From positions 444,395-508,394 of the forward strand of contig NW_018408813.1 of NCBI RefSeq assembly GCF_002113885.1: a stretch of 64,000 bases of DNA, given 5' to 3'. Below are positions 13,615 to 27,340 of the stretch, piece by piece. The position numbers were made by a program, and so were the translations under genes. How positions within the stretch are numbered: position 1 is the stretch's first letter; every line of letters starts with the position of its first letter. The notes beneath the pieces are model-generated. The model saw only the letters and a program-made list of their open reading frames with translations. It made no database searches and was not told where the DNA came from. The DNA comes from Mizuhopecten yessoensis (taxonomy: Eukaryota).

Positions 13615-16600
13615 TACAACAATGTAGCGGTAGATATAAGTATAGACACAATAGAGTAAGCGGTAGATCTAGGTATAGGGACAGTACCTACAGTAACACA
13701 GCCAGCGGTAGATCTCGGTGTAGGGACAGTACCTATAGTAACACAGCCAGCGGTAGATCTAGGTGTAGGGACAGTACCTACAGTAACACAGCCAGCGGTA
13801 GATCTAGGTGTAGGGACAGTATTGCTAGTGGTAGACATAGGTATAGACACATTAGAGTTAGCGGTAGATCTAGGTATTGATCTAGGTGTAGGGACAGTTC
13901 CTACAGTAATACAGCCAGCGGGAGATCTAGGGGTAGGGACAGTACCTACAGCAATACAGCCAGCGGTAGATCTAGATGTAGGGACAGTACCTACATTAAT
14001 ACAGACAGCGGTAGATCTAGGTGCAGGGACAGTACCTACAGTAGCACAGCCAGCGGTAGATCTAGATGTAGGGACAGTACCTACAGTGAAACAGGTAGAT
14101 CTAGGTGTAGGGCCAGTACCTAGAGTAATACAGCCAGCGGTAGATCTTGGTGTAGGGACAGTACCTACATTAATACAGACAGCGGTAGATCTAGATGTAG
14201 GGACAGTACCTACATTAATACAGACAGCGGTAGATCTAGGTGTAAAGACAGTACTAGATCTAGGTGTAGGGACAATACCTACAGTAATACAGCCAGCGGA
14301 AGATCTAGGTATATGGACAGTACAGCCAGCGGTAGATCTAGGTGTAGGGACAGTACCTACAGTAACACAGCCAGCGGTACATCTAGGTGTAGGGACAGTA
14401 CTGCTAGCGGTATATTAAGATGAAGGTACAGTATAGCCAGCGGTAAATCTAGGTATATGGACAGTACAGCCAGTGCTAGATCTTGGTATAGGGACAATAC
14501 AGCCAGCGGTAGATCTAGGTATTAGGAAAAATACAGCCTTCGGTAGAACTTGGTATCCTATAGAGACATACAGCCAGTGGTAGATCTTGGTATAGGGACA
14601 ATACAGCCAGCGGTAGATCTTGGTATAGGGACAACACAGCCAGCGGTAGATCTTGGTATAGGGACGACACAGCCAGCGGTAGATCTTGGTATAGGGAAAG
14701 TACAGCCAGTGGTAAATCTTGGTATAGGGACAATACATCCAACAGTAGATCTAGGTTTGGGGACAGTACAGCTAGCGGTAGATCTAGGTGTAAATACAAT
14801 ACTGCTAGCGGTAGATCTAGGTATATGGACAGTTCAACCAGTGGTATATCTAGGTATAAGGGTACAGCCAGCGGTAGATCTAGGTATATGGAGAGTACAG
14901 CTAGCAGTAGATCTTGATAAAGGGAAAGTACAACCAATGGTAGATCTAGGTACAGGAAAAATACAACAAGCGGTAGATCTAGATATATGGACAGTAAAGC
15001 CAGCGGTAGATCTAGGTGTAAAGACAGTACTGCGGGACAGTACAGCTAGCGGTAGATCTAGGTATATGGACAGTACAGCCAGCGGTAGATCTAGGTATAT
15101 GGACAGTACAGCTAGCAGTAGATCTTGATAAAGGGAAAGTACAACCAGTGGTAGATCTAGGTACAGGAAAAATACAGCAAGCGGTAGATCTAGATATATG
15201 GACAGTAAAGCCAGCGGTAGATCTAGATGTAAAGACAGTACTGCTAGCGGTAGATCTAGGTATATGGACAGTACAGTTAGCGGTATATCTTGGAATAGGG
15301 ATAATACAGCCAGCGGTAGATCTAGGTATAGGGACAATTCAGCTAGCGGTAGATCTAGGTATATGGACAGTACAGATAGTGGTATTTTTTGGTGTAGGGA
15401 CAGTACAGTTAGCGGTATATTATTTTAGGTATAGGGACGGTAGAACTAGCGGTAAATCTAGGTGAAGGGACAGTCTTGCTAGCGGTATACCTAGTTGTAG
15501 GGACAGTACAGCTAGCGGTAGATCTAGGTATAGGGACAATACAGCCAGCAGTAGATCTAGGTGTAAAGACAGTACTGCTAGCGGTAGATCTAGGTATTAG
15601 GAAAAATACAGGCTTCGGTAGAACTTGGTATCCTATAGAGACATACAGCCAGTGGTAGATCTTGGTATAGGGACAATACAGCCAGCGGTAGATCTTGGTA
15701 AAGAGACAATACAGACAGCGGTAGATCTTGGTAAAGGGACGACACAGCCAGCGGTAGATCTTAGTATAGGGAAAGTACAGCCAGTGGTAAACCTTGGTAT
15801 AGGGACAATACATCCAACAGTAGATCTAGGTTTGAGGACTGTGCAGCTAGCGGTAGATCTAGGTGTAAATACAGTACTGCTAGCGGTTGATCTAGGTATA
15901 GGGACAGTTCAGCCAGTGGTATATCTAGGTATAAGGGTACAGCCAGCGGAAGATCTAGGTATATGGATAATACAGCAAGCGGTAGATCTAGATATATGGA
16001 CAGTAAAGCCAGCGGTAGATCAAGGTGTAAAGACAGAACTGCTAGCGGTAGATCTAGGTATATGGACAGTACAGTTAGCGGTATATCTTGATATAGGGAT
16101 AATACAGCCAGCGGTAGATCTAAGTATAGGGACAGTTCAGCTAGCGGTAGATATAGGTATATGGACAGTACAGCCAGCGGTAGATCTTGGTATAGGGACG
16201 ACACAGCCAGCGGTAGATCTTGGTATAGGGAAAGTACAGCCAGTGGTAAACCTTGGTATAGGGACAATACATCCAACAGTAGATCTAGGTTTGGGGATAG
16301 TACAGCTAGCGGTAGATCTAGGTATATGGACAGTACAGTTAGCGGTATATTTAGGTGTAGGGACAGTACAGTTAGCGGTAGATCTAGGTATTAGGAAAAA
16401 TACAGCCTTCGGTAGTTATTGGTATCCTATAGAGACATACAGCCAGTGGTAGATCTTGGTATAGGGACAAAACAGCCAGCGGTAGATCTTGGTATACGGA
16501 CAATACATTCAGCGGTAGATCTTGGTATAGGGACGACACAGCCAGCGGTAGATCTTGGTATAGGGAAAGTACACCCAGTGGTAAATCTTGGTATAGGGAC

Positions 16601-19600
16601 AATACATCCAACAGTAGATCTAGGTTTGGGGATAGTACAGCTAGCGGTAGATCTAGGTGTAAATACAGTACTGCTAGCGGTTGATCTAGGTATATGGACA
16701 GTTCAGCCAGTAGCCAGCGGTAGATCTTGGTATAGGGACAACACAGCCAGCGGTAGATCTACATGGTATATGGTGGTATATTTAGGTGTAGGGACAGTAC
16801 AGTTAGCGGTATATTATTTTAGGTATATGGACGGTAGAGCTAGCGGTAAATCTAGGTGTAGCGACGGTACAGCTAGCGGTAGATCTAGGTATATGGTCAT
16901 TAAAGCCAGCGGTAGATCTAGGTGTAAAGACAGTACTGCTAGCGTTAGATCTAGGTATTAGGAAAAATACAGCCTGCGGTAGAACTTGGTATCCAATAGA
17001 GACATACAGCCAGTGGTAGATCTTGGTATAGGGACAATACAGCCAGCGGTAGATCTTGGTATAGGGACAACACAGCCAGCGGTAGATCTTGGTATAGGGA
17101 CGACACAGCCAGCGGTAGATCTTGGTATACGGACAATACATCAAACAGTAGATCTAGGTTTGGGGACAGTACAGCTAGCGGTAGATCTTGGTATATGGAC
17201 AGTACAGCCAGCGGTAGATATAGGTATAGGGACAGTACCGCTTGCGGTAGATATTGGTATAGGGAACGTACAGCCAGCGGTAGATATAGGTATAGGGACA
17301 GTACCGCTTGCGGTAGATATTGGTATAGGGAACGTACAGCCAGCGGTAGATATTGTTATTGGGAAAGTACAGCCAGCGGTAGATATAGGTATATGGACAG
17401 TACAGCTAGCGGTAGATCTAGATATATGGACAGTAAAGCCAGCGGTAGGTCTAGTTGTAAAGACAGTACTGCTAGCGGTAGATCTAGGTATATGGACAGT
17501 ACAGTTAGCGGTATATCTTGGTATAGGGATAATACAGCCAGCGGTAGATCTAGGTATAGGGACAATTCAGCTAGCGGTAGATCTAGGTATATAGACAGTA
17601 CAGATAGTGGTATTTTAAGGTGTAGGGACAGTACAGTTAGCGGTATATTATTTTAGGTTTAGGGACGTTGAACTAGCGGTAAATCTAGGTGAAGGGACAG
17701 TCTTGCTAGCGGAATACCTAGTTGTAGGGACAGTACAGCTAGCGGTAGATCTAGGTATAGGGACAATACAGCCAGTGGTAGATCTAGGTGTAAAGACAGT
17801 ACTGCTAGCGGTAGATCTAGGTATATGGACAGTACATACAGCCAGCGGTAGATCTAGGTATATGGACAGTACAGTTAGCGGTATATCTTGGTATAGGGAT
17901 AATACAGCCAGCGGTAGATCTAGGTATAGGGACAATACAGCCAGTGGTAGATCTAGGTGTAAAGACAGTACAGCTAGCGGTAGATCTTGGTATAGGGACA
18001 ACACAGCCAGCGGTAGATCTTAGTATAGGGAAAGTACAACCAGTGGTAGATCTAGGTACAGGGACAATACAGCAAACGGCAGATCTAGATATATGGACAG
18101 TAAAGCCAGCGGTAGATCTAGGTGTAAAGACAGTACAGCTAGCGGTAGATCTTGGTATATGGACAGTACAGTTAGTGGTATATTTAGGTGTAGGGACAGT
18201 ACAGTTAGCGGTAGATCTAGGTATTAGGAAAAATACAGCCTTCGGTAGAACTTGGTATCCTATAGAGACATACAGCCAGTGGTAGATCTTGGTATAGGGA
18301 CGACACAGCCAGCTTTAGATCTTGGTATACGGACAATACATCAAACAGTAGACCTAGGTTTGGGGACAGTACAGCTAACGGTAGATCTAGGTATAGGGAC
18401 AGTAGGTACAGGGACAATACAGCAAACGGTGGTATATCTAGGTATAAGGGTACAGCCAGCGGTAGATCTAGGGGTAGGGACAGTACCTACAGTAATACAG
18501 AAAGCGGTAGATCTAGGTGTAGGGGCAGTACCTACAGTAATACAGCCAGCGGTAGATCTTGATATATGGACAGTACAGCTAGCGGTAGATCTAGGTGTAA
18601 AGACAGTACAGCTAGCGGTAGATCTAGGTATATAGACAGTACAGATAGTGGGATTTTAAGGTGTAGGGACAGTACAGTTAGCGGTAGATCTAGGTATATA
18701 GACAGTACAGATAGTGGGATTTTAAGGTGTAGGGACAGTACAGTTAGCGGTAGATCTAGGTATATGGACAATACAGCAAGCGGTAGATCTAGATATATGG
18801 ACAGTAAAGCCAGCGGTAGGTCTAGTTGTAAAGACAGTACTGCTAGCGGTAGATCTGGGTATATGGACAGTACAGTTAGTGGTATATTTAGGTGAAGGGA
18901 CAGTACAGTTCGCGGTAGATCTAGGTAAATGGACTGTTCAGCCAGTGGTAGATCTAGGTATAAGGGTACAGCCAGCGGTAGTAGCGGTAGATCTAGGTAT
19001 ATAGACAGTACAGATAGTGGTATTTTAAGGTGTAGGGACAGTACAGTTAGCGGTAGATCTAGGTATTAGGAAAAATACAGCCTTCGGTAGAACTTGGTAT
19101 CCTATAGAGACATACAGCCAGTGGTAGATCTTGGTATAGGGACAATACATCATACAGTAGATCTAGGTTTGAGGACTGTGCAGCTAGCGGTAGATCTAGG
19201 GGTAAATACAGTACTGCTAGCGGTTGATCTAGGTATAGGGACAGTACATCTAGCGGTTGATCTAGGTATATGGACAGTTCAGCCAGTGGTAGATCTAGGT
19301 ACAGGGACAATCCAGCAAACGGCAGATCTAGATATATGGACAGTACAGCCAGCGGTAGATATTGGTTTAGGGACAATACAGCCAGCGGTAGATATCGGTA
19401 TAGGGACAATACAGCCAGCGGTAGATATCGGTATAGGGACAATACAGCCAGCGGTAGATATCGGTATAGGGACAATACAGCCAGCGGTAGATCTTGGTAT
19501 TGGGACAACACAGCCAGCGGTAGATCTTGGTATTGGGACAACACAGCCAGCGGTAGATCTTAGTATATCTTGGTATAGGGATAATACAGCCAGCGGTAGA

Positions 19601-21620
19601 TCTAGGAGTAGGGACAGTACCTACAGTACTACAGGTAGATCTAGGTGTAGGGACAGTACTTACAGTAATACAGCCAGCGGTAGATCTAGGGGTAGGGACA
19701 GTACCTACAGTACTACAGGTAGATCTAGGTGTAGGGACAGAAGTGCTAGTGGTAGATATAGGTATATGGACGGTACCGCTTGCGGTAGATATTGGAATAG
19801 GGACAATAAGATATATGGACAGTAAAGCCAGCGGTAGGTCTAGTTGTAAAGACAGTACTGCTAGCGGTAGATCTAGGTATAGGTATATGGACAGTTCAGC
19901 CAGTGGTAGATCTAGGTATAAGGGTACAGCCAGCGGTAGATCTAGGTGTAGGGACAGAAGTGCTAGTGGTAGATATAGGTATAAGGACAGTACCGCTTGC
20001 GGTAGATCTTGGTATAGGGAACGTACAGCCCGCGGTAGATATAGGTATAGGGACACTACCGCTTGCGGTAGATATTGCTATAGGGAACGTACAGCCAGCG
20101 GTAGATATTGGTATATGGAAAGTACAGCCAGCGGTAGATATTGGTATAGGGAACGTACAGCCAGCGGTAGATATAGGTATAGGGACAGTACCGCTTGCGG
20201 TAGATATTGGTATAGGGAACGTACAGCCAGCTGTAGATATTGATATAGGAAAAGTACAGCCAACGGTAGATATTGGTATAGGGAAAGGACAGCCAGCGGT
20301 AGATATTGGAATAGAGAAAGTACAGCCAGCTGTAGATATTGGTATAGGGACCGTACAGCCAGCGGTAGATATTGCTATAGGGACAATACAGCCAGCGGAA
20401 GATATAGGTTTAGGGACAGTACCGCTTACGGTAGGTATTGGTATAGGGAACGTACAGCCAGCTGTAGATATTGGTATAGGGAACGTACAGCCAGCGGTAG
20501 ATATTGGTATAGGGAAAGTACAGCCAGCGGTAGATATTGGAATAGGGACAATACAGCCAGCGGTAGATATTGGTATAGAGAAAGTACAGCCAGCTGTAGA
20601 TATTGGTATAGGGACACTACAGCCAGCGGTAGATATTAGTATAGGGAAAGTACAGCCTGCGGTAGATATTGGTATAGGGACAATACAGCCAGCGGTAGAT
20701 ATTGTTATTGGGAAAGTACAGCCAGTGGTAGATATTGATATAGGAAAAGTACAGCCAACGGTAGATATTGGTTTAGGGACAGTACAGCCAACGGTAGATC
20801 TAGGTGTAGGGACAGTACCTATAGTAATACAGCCAACGGTAGATCTAGGGGTAGGGACAGTACCTATAGTAATACAGCCAACGGTAGATCTAGGTGTAGG
20901 GACAGTACTGCTAGCGGTAGATCTTGGTATAGGTATATGGACAGTACAGTTAGCGGTAGATCTAGGTATATGGACAGTACAGTTAGCGGTAGATCTAGGT
21001 ATAGGGACAGTTCAGCTAGCGGTAGATCTAGGTATGTATATTTAGGTGTAGGGACAGTACATATAGTAATACAGCCAGCGGTAGATCTTGGTATAGGTAT
21101 ATGGACAGTACAGTTAGCGGTAGATCTAGGTATGTATATTTAGGTGTAGGGACAGTACATATAGTAATACAGCCAGCGGTACATCTAGGTGTAGGGACAG
21201 TACATATAGTAATACAGCCAGCGGTAGATCTAGGTATAGGGACAGTTCAGCTAGCGGTAGATCTAGGTATGTATATTTAGGTGTAGGGACAGTACAGTTA
21301 GCGGTATATTTAGGTGTAGGGACAGTACATATAGTAATACAGCCAGCGGTAGATCTAGATATATGGACAGTAAAGCCAGTGGTAGATTTAGGTGTAATGA
21401 CAGTACTGCTAGCGGTAGATATAGGCATAGGGAAAGTACAGCCAGCGGCAGATATTGGTATAGGGAAACTACAGCCAGCGGTAGATATTGCTATAGGGAA
21501 AGTACAGCCAGCGGTAAATCTAGGTGTAGGGATAGTACAGTCAGTGGTAGATTTTTAGTTTTTATTTATTTTTTGATATAGGGAAAGTACAGCCAGTGGT
21601 AGATTTTGGTATATGGACAA
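13615..21620. repeat. ~8-kb satellite, 33-bp core unit GGGACAGTACAGCCAGCGGTAGATCTAGGTATA with 45/30/42-bp variants and irregular higher-order structure
   Basis: More than 200 recurrences of GCGGTAGATCTAGG variants (estimated from length); source of all ORFs in this interval. Confidence 0.97.
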
Positions 21621-22489
21621 CAGGTTAAAAGTATTGTCCCTCCTGCCTTCTGGTCATATTCAAACAACGTCATTTATTTAGCACATTGCTTGGAAATGTT
21701 AGGAACACATGGATGGATTTAAGAATGCATCTGCTGATCATTTAAAACAGCACACTATGTGTGTAAAATAATATGGTTCCCGTTTAACTTCCGGTTTGGA
21801 ACATAGGTACGTATATGCCATACCCTCGGAGACGACATAGAAGACCTTAACATGAATGAAACGAGACGCAATTTTGTGAATGGTGGGGAAAAGAAATGGC
21901 TAGGTGTAACTCAGTATGTATAGATACGTCTAGTGTATAATGTTTGTATGTCTGATGTTAGGCCATATAGTTCTGTAACCGGGATTCAAAAAAGCTGGGG
22001 GAAAAAGTCATATTTCTGAAATAAACTCGTGGTATTGGGTGAAAAAATAGCGTGTCTATTCCTTGATCTAGTGATATTCTTAAGGTTTTTGTATTTGTAT
22101 AGCGAATGCACGGTTTGATTTCATGAATTGGCAGAAAATCAATGTAAGATGTGACGTCTCGTTGCATGATGTTTTTTCATGTTATTTCTTTTCCTTTCGA
22201 ATCCACGAGTTAGAAGTGATAAAACATCCTGCAGTGAATATTTTGATAGAAAGGTAGGAAAAGTTGTAACAGCTAATATTATAGTTTGGGCCTCAAACGT
22301 TTATAACTTGTTCACTACTTATCCTTTATTGATTTTGAATGTAAATTGATATTTTAATTTCAATTTCTTTTAAAAAAATTATCCATGATATTCATTTTAT
22401 GGTGTGTGGTATCCCACTTCATGATCGTATGAAGTGACAAATGTGTCCCCTCCCCCTCCTTTGTGGCCTCCGGTTTTCCATTGTCTTAC

Positions 22490-22762
22490 CTTTTGGAATA
22501 TTTTGGTCTGATGAATCCCACCACATACTAATGATTAGAACGACTTTTATATGGAAAGATGATTTATAGCAACATCTATTTCACTGCATTCCAAATGCCC
22601 CGGAGACAATGAATTCTTCAAATTGTGTTCATGGAAACCGTGTCAGAATACATTCAAGCTACAGTATGTACAAGGTAACACAGAAGTTCGCCAACTGACA
22701 ATTGAGTCCTCCTGCAGAGTAGTCCATCTTGTGCATAACGTATCACTAGATATAGCAACAAT
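22490..22762 (-). pseudogene. Possible decayed AMOP-like (MUC4/SUSD2-type) exon
   Basis: Bounded by tttAG and AAG|GTAAGA; pieces in different frames read LCTRWTTLQEDSIVSWRTSVLPC, TVA*MYSD, RCCYKSS..VLIIS, GG, in AMOP motif order; several frameshifts and stops. Confidence 0.4.
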
Positions 22763-23399
22763 CTAAATTACAATATGCAATCATATGTTTTACTGATATT
22801 GGGCTCCCGTGGAATGGTGTGACATCTTCTGTATCTACTATACGTATAAGTGCACAATGGAGAGACCCTAACTGATGTGCTGCCCCCATTGTATCACTCG
22901 AGACCTCTTTGTTTTCTTTCCCTTACCATATCATTTATCATTATCTTCCATTGTGTCCCCCCAAAGCACTTGTCATTATATTAGCGTTGATATTGCGAGG
23001 AGAAAAGAATAATGAAAACATAGTTTATACATACTTGATGGCCAAGACAGTCACGCCAAGATCACACAATACGAATCTGCACAAGAGGGGAAACAACTCT
23101 GTTTGGATCAAATAGTGAAATAGTGACTACATATTCGGACTCATCTTCCATTTGCCGAAAACAAAAACATGTCTGCTCATCGATTCTAAAATGCCCTATA
23201 TAGTTTGTTTGTCAAATCGCCATGGGTTAGATAGATAATTGTTAAATATACAAGATAACGGACTCCATGTACTTATTTTGCCATCATTACATGTATATGA
23301 TGAGGGATTATGACATCGGCTTTTGAGGGTAAATATTTAAAGGGAAAAAAAAGGTTCTAAAGCCTATCCAATTTAATAAAAACTTTGCTTTCATATACA

Positions 23400-25065
23400 T
23401 GCTGTAGTGTAATATGTTGGAAATCTTTAAAATCCACTGGATGCTGTAATTGTAATTTGTTTGAAATCTTTAAAATCAACTGGATGCTGTAATTGTAATT
23501 GGTTTGAAATCTTTATAATCCACTGGATGCTGTAATTTTAATATGTTTGAAATCTTTATAATCCACTGGATGCTGTTATTGTAATTTGTTTGAAATCTTT
23601 AAAATCCACTGGATGCTGTTATTGTTATTTGTTTGAAATCTTTATAATCCACTGGATGCAGTAATTGTAATATGTTTGAAATCTTTATAATCCACTGGAT
23701 GCTGTAATTGTAACTTGTTTGAAATCTTTATAATCCACTGGATGTTGTAATTGTTTTTTGTTTGAAATCTTTAAAATCCACTGGATGCAGTAATTGTAAT
23801 ATGTTTGAAATCTTTAAAATATCACTGGATGCTGTTATTAAAATTTGTTTGAAATCTTTAAAATCAACTGCATGTTGTAATTGTAAAATATTTGAAATCT
23901 TTAAAACTCCACTGGATGCTGTTATTGTAATTTGTTTGAAATCTTTATAGTCCACTGGATGCTGTAATTGTAACTTGTTTGAAATCTTTATAATCCACTG
24001 GATGCTGTTATTGTAATTTGTTTGAAATCTTTAAAATCAACTGCATGTTGTAATTGTAAAATGTTTGAAATCTTTATAATCCACTGGATGCTGTTATTAA
24101 AAAATTCCACTGGATGCTGTAATTGTAATTTGTTTGAAATCTTTATAATCCACTGGATGCTGTAATTGTAATTTGTTTGAAATCTTTATAATCCACTGGA
24201 TGCTGTTATTGTTGTATGTTTGAAATCGTCCAAATCCACTAGATGCTGTAATTGTAATTTGTTTGAAATCTTTATAATCCACTGGATGCTGTAATTGTAA
24301 TTTGTTTGAAATCTTTATAATCCACTGGATGCTGTAATTGTAATTTGTTTGAAATCTTTATAATCCAATGGATGCTGTAATTGTAACTTGTTTGAAATCT
24401 TTATAATCCACTGGATGTTGTAATTGTTTTTTGTTTGAAATCTTTAAAATCCACTGGATGCTGTTATTGTAATTTGTTTGAAATCTTTTAAATCCACTTG
24501 ATGCTGTTATTGCAATTTGTTTGAAATCTTTATAATCAACAGGATGCTGTAATTGTAATATGTCTGAAATCTTAAAATTCCACTTGATGCTGTTATTGTA
24601 AATTGTTTGAAATCTTTTAAATACAATGTATGTTGAAATTGTAATATGTTTGAAATCTTAAAATTCCACTGGATGCTGTTATTGTAAATTGTTTGAAATC
24701 TTTTAAATACACTGTATATTGAAATTGTAATATGTTCGAAATCTTAATAATTCACTGGATGTTGTAAAAAAAAAATGTTTGAAATCTTTAAAATCCACTG
24801 GTTGCTGTTATTGTAAATTGTTTGTAATCTTCATAATCCACTGGATGTTGTAATTGCTTTTTTTTTTTAAATCTTTAAAATCCACTGGGTGCTGTTATTG
24901 TAATTTGTTTGAAATCTTTTAAATCCACTTGATGCTGTCATTGTAATATGTTTGAAACATTTAAAATCAACTGCATGTTGTTATTGTTTTAAGTTTGATA
25001 TCTTAATATCCACTTGATGCTATAACTAATTGTGATATGTTTGAAATCTTTATAATCCACTGGTT
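23400..25065. repeat. 43-bp satellite, ~38 copies
   Basis: Unit TTTGAAATCTTTATAATCCACTGGATGCTGTAATTGTAATTTG; period 43 (23461 to 23504). Confidence 0.97.
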
Positions 25066-25182
25066 ATAATCCTCTCTCGGTATACCCTTGCTGCACCCTT
25101 GGAATAACGAAGGCTCAGATCACGCAACGCTGCGGATAATACGAGCTGACATGTCTGAAACTTGTTCCAGAAACCTGCCTAC

Positions 25183-25261
25183 CTTTGATCCCCTTGATGC
25201 AAGATAAAATAATCAACAGAATATTGACGGTAAAATTGACCAACTTCGATAAGATGTTCAT
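25183..25261 (-). CDS. Candidate signal-peptide exon MNILSKLVNFTVNILLIILSCIKGIK(G) of a secreted protein, possibly a pseudogene
   Basis: Acceptor TTACAG 9 nt upstream of ATG, hydrophobic core, phase-1 donor AAG|GTAGGC. Confidence 0.45.
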
Positions 25262-26849
25262 GTTGCTTCTCTGTAATCATCAAACCACACTTGTGATTGG
25301 TTATCTAGTGTATGTCTTAAATCAATCGAATAGCTAACAGTTATCATATTTTCTATTTCATCATATCTTTTGAGTATACATTGAAGTAATATGTAACTCC
25401 TGGGATATGAAGAAGCGTTCCGTATAACAGGTTACCGTATATCATGTGCATATATGTGATGTATCTCGAAAAAATGGAACTAGACGAACGCAACTTACAC
25501 CATAGTTTGTTGTTATTTGTTTTGGGGGGGTTTTCTCCATTTTTCTCGTTAAAAATAAGATTTTGTGTTTAGCTGTTTTTTTCAAAACTTATACGCGTAT
25601 ACGTAAGACCAACTTAACTAGAAATGTAAACTACTCGTAGCTATTCTATTTGAGTGCATGCATCGGATGATGAACATGACCTTCATTTAATGGTTCAGTT
25701 ATTTTTTCATCATCCTAATCAGTGTAACACTAACAAGACTTGAATTATAGATGGTATGGGTAGATGCTCAGGGGCATGATGGGCGGGCGTGACTTACACA
25801 TTTTAAAATGTTTTAATAAAAATAAAAACTTAAATTCAAAAGAAAGAAATATGTTGATTTGCCAATTATTGTAGCCAATTCCAAAATCGCTAGACAGGCA
25901 AGACATACATTTCCACAAAATATAGAAGTCCTGTGGGGAAATTAATGTGACAATAGAGACATGATCAAAGGGGGAGAACTCTTACATTTTTAAAACTGAA
26001 TTGCAAAGTGGACGTTGTGAAATGCTATTTGTTTTGGCTGACGAATAGTGTGTGACACCTTTCAGTTTCAGTCTTATTTTAAAATATTGATACAGAAAAG
26101 TGATTTCATTCTTCTTGGTATATGCATTAGTTACAAGTGTATATCACAATATTCGAAACCTTGATAACAGAACTGAGTTATAAACTCAATACAACATTTC
26201 TTAGATTAATATAGATGGGGTTTAGTGGGTAATAGTAGTGATTTATTCTCGGGTTGATATGATACAATGTAAATACCACTTATCCATATTTACCAGATGT
26301 CTTTGGCTACCATCCGTCTTTAGCCCTAACACTTTTAAAAAAGTGAATTATTGTCTGAAATTAATGGTAGTCGATATTGAAAGTTTTTTTTATGTTAGGC
26401 TAATAGTACACAAAACAAATAATTTCCTTGTAATGAATATTTTTGTTTTGCATACTTTTGCTTTTAAAGGTACCAATCCTAAGTCAGGGAGGATGAACTG
26501 GTTAGGGGACTTTGACATTTCATTAATTAATTAACTCATTTTATTTATTCATAGTCAGACACAAGTGACCTGTCGGGTTGACCTTTCCTTAGAAGTTTGT
26601 TATTGCTGGTCGGTGACATTCCTTGTGAAGGTACGCCCACCTGTTCATTGGTGTTCAGGTATATCGAGTACAGTATAGGTACACGTACTGAGACGGGCTG
26701 TGAGTAATCCTGTCACCTAAGATCGCCCCCCAACATTCCCCGGGTTATTATTTTTTCAATTCTCTTACATACTAAGTGTACCTGTAACCTAGATCTTCCT
26801 ATACTCTCTATCTGATTACCGACTCGCCTGTAACGAATATGGTAATCGA

Positions 26850-27118
26850 AGGTCAACACGAGAGGTCATAATAAGTATGGTTATCTAAGACAACACGAGA
26901 GGTCATAATAAATATCGAGAGGTCATAATAAATATTGTTATCTAAGGTCAACATGAGAGGTCATAATACATATGGTAAGCTAAGGTTAACACGAGAGGTC
27001 ATGATAAATATGGTAATCTAAGGTCAACACGAGAGGTCATAATAAATATGGTTATCTAAGCTCAACACGAGAGGTCATAATAAATATGCTTATCTAAGGT
27101 CAACACGAGAAGTCATAT
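26850..27118. repeat. 38-bp minisatellite, ~7 copies
   Basis: Unit AAGGTCAACACGAGAGGTCATAATAAATATGGTTATCT; one more degenerate unit at ~27352-27385. Confidence 0.9.
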
Positions 27119-27119
27119 T

Positions 27120-27340
27120 AGTCTCCTCAGCTATGAATGAGTACGTGCTTGGACAGTGCTAGAATTGTTGAATGCTAGTTGTTAGCGTCGAAACGGCAGC
27201 ATCGGCTGTATGCGAGAAAGATGTTGGCTGGTTGCAAAGGCCCTATAACCTTGGATAATAATTTGTGAACCGCTTTGAGACGACCTACGAACTAGGTTGT
27301 GATTAAGCGGTAAATAAGAACCTCGAATTATTATTAAGTA
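27120..27340 (+). mobile_element. 5'-truncated CORE-type SINE
   Basis: AGTCTCCTCAGCTATGAATGAGTACGTGCTTGGACAGTG...CGGCTGT matches the reverse complement of ~53310-53400; ATT-repeat tail. Confidence 0.7.

Noticed and set aside
13557-21581. Dozens of long ORFs (V/D/L/G-rich, S/R/Y-rich, L-rich)
   Set aside because: All are translations of the 33-bp satellite in different frames, frequently frameshifted; not called as CDS
23035-23086. Small minus-strand exon candidate between the signal exon and the AMOP-like exon
   Set aside because: Splice signals are plausible, but the phase-1 frame hits a stop after 8 codons
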